Source: Clostridia bacterium (GTDB taxonomy: Bacteria > Bacillota > Clostridia > Oscillospirales > CAG-272). From it: a stretch of 61,011 nucleotides of DNA. The position numbers and the translations under genes were made by a program. The DNA is taken from positions 1 to 61,011 of the forward strand of contig JAQYLJ010000052.1 of NCBI GenBank assembly GCA_028720145.1, in the 5' to 3' direction. How positions within the stretch are numbered: position 1 is the stretch's first letter; each line of letters starts with the position of its first letter. The notes under the pieces were generated by a model. The model did no database searches and was not told the origin of the DNA. It saw only the letters and a program-made list of their open reading frames with translations. Of the stretch, positions 59,725 to 61,011 are shown one piece after another.

Positions 59725-60779
59725 TCCAGAATCTCCTCTCCGTTCAGCGCGCGTATGCCGCACTGAATGATGCGTTCCTGTACCTCGCGCGGAAGACCGC
59801 TGCGCATGACGGTGCGGACGAACTCCCCGCGCAGGGAGACATCGTGTTCGAGCTCTTCTTGTCTGAGCGACAGATTGCTCTTGTCCTCGACCGTGACGAA
59901 GAAGAATTGCCCCTCGAGACGCATCGCGATCTGCCCCGCATCCTTGTGCATATCCGCTTCGGCGTACCCGCGGAGGGTGACCCGCACGAGGTCGTTCGCA
60001 GGGATGCCGCGGACGGCGGCAGTCACCGCCTGTTCAATGTCTTTTTGCGAGAACAGACGGCTGATATCGACCGTCACCTGATGGATGGTGCGCTTTGCAA
60101 ACGGGATAAAGACCGAGGACAGTTTTTTCTCCGCGGTCTCAATGAGGACGAACCCCTTTTCGCCCGTCTCGTCGAATCCCCGCCCCTCGGGCGTGCCCGA
60201 ATAGCACCAGACCCCGCGCGTATCGAGTTGTTCTTTCCGATAGGCGTGGTAGTGCCCGAGCGCGAGATAGTCGATGTTGCGGTTCTGATAAAATTTGAGA
60301 TTGATGCCCGCGAGGTCGGTCGTGCTGTCGGTCAGCGCACCGTGGAGCATCACGATATTGACCGTGTCGGGAGAGAGCGGGGGCAGGGCGGCGAACGCGC
60401 CGCAGTCCTCACAGCCGTAAATCACCACATTCCCGTAGCCGTAGGACGAGAACGAACGCGCGGGGAAAGTGTGATAGTTCGCGGGCGGGTCGAGCGGACG
60501 GTAACTCCCGCCGTGATTGCCCGTGAGGACGAGGAAATCGATCTGCGGATGCGCGGCGATGACCCCGAGGACATAGGACTCTGCATCGGGCGCGGGATGC
60601 GGCGTGTCGAAGAGGTCGCCCGCGATGAGGATGACGGGGACCCCGTTCTCTTGCGCATAGGTCACCATGCGATCGAACGACAGGAGCAGTTCTTTTCTGC
60701 GCGTCGCCGCGAGGGTGGGGTCGAGATTCGCTTCCAGGACCGAGTCCAAGTGCAAGTCGGCTGTATGAATGAGTTTCAA
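59721..60779 (-). CDS. YhaO/SbcD (Mre11-like) metallophosphoesterase nuclease
   Basis: ADLHLD, AGDLFD, TGNH, LHG, LGHYH, YSGTPEGRGFDE; TTG start with AAGGAGG RBS. Confidence 0.92.
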   Translation of the reverse strand: MKLIHTADLHLDSVLEANLDPTLAATRRKELLLSFDRMVTYAQENGVPVILIAGDLFDTPHPAPDAESYVLGVIAAHPQIDFLVLTGNHGGSYRPLDPPANYHTFPARSFSSYGYGNVVIYGCEDCGAFAALPPLSPDTVNIVMLHGALTDSTTDLAGINLKFYQNRNIDYLALGHYHAYRKEQLDTRGVWCYSGTPEGRGFDETGEKGFVLIETAEKKLSSVFIPFAKRTIHQVTVDISRLFSQKDIEQAVTAAVRGIPANDLVRVTLRGYAEADMHKDAGQIAMRLEGQFFFVTVEDKSNLSLRQEELEHDVSLRGEFVRTVMRSGLPREVQERIIQCGIRALNGEEILE

Positions 60780-61011
60780 GGAGAACCTCCTTTGAAAATA
60801 TGGAAAAATGAAAGAAAACTGTTGAAAATATTATACCGTCCGTGTCGGTTTCTGTCAAGCGAGAACCCCGCCGCACATGTCCTTTTTTCGCCTCATAAAG
60901 TGTGTAACACCCCTGTGGACGGCGTGTATGCCCGCAAGATGCATGCCGTAGAAAAATCAAGAGTGAATTTGCCGTTTTGCACAAATCGGTATTGTGAAAC
61001 TGCCTAAACGC

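Overview
GC-rich chromosomal window from an anaerobic, probably spore-forming Clostridia-class Bacillota. The taxonomic call is an inference from T-boxes, SpoVB/TepA/Noc-like genes and consensus sigma-A promoters. About 50 CDS and one tRNA-Tyr(GTA) are supported; I see no CRISPR array, integrase or transposase. The most striking feature is a ~14.5 kb locus (14.5-29.1 kb) that looks like a route for making Leu, Ile and Val from branched short-chain fatty acids. It has three acyl-CoA ligase units, each behind its own T-box riboswitch (specifiers CTC=Leu, ATC=Ile, GTA=Val), followed by ilvE and a four-subunit 2-oxoacid:ferredoxin oxidoreductase. The Leu unit begins with a LeuA homologue that has lost its catalytic motifs. 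Other notable items: two ORF-less, promoter-plus-terminator structured RNA candidates next to a HisR/YerC regulator; a Met T-box on metY-metA; a WYL regulator plus a DEDDh exonuclease with three Ada-like Zn modules; a mirrored hairpin-linker array beside the tRNA; an HTH fused to a probably dead C39-like peptidase; a GH3/MFS/GH78 glycoside locus; pduL-IscU-like-GGGtGRT; and a lexA-orf-dinB cassette with a non-canonical operator. All product calls come from reading motifs by eye; no searches were run.
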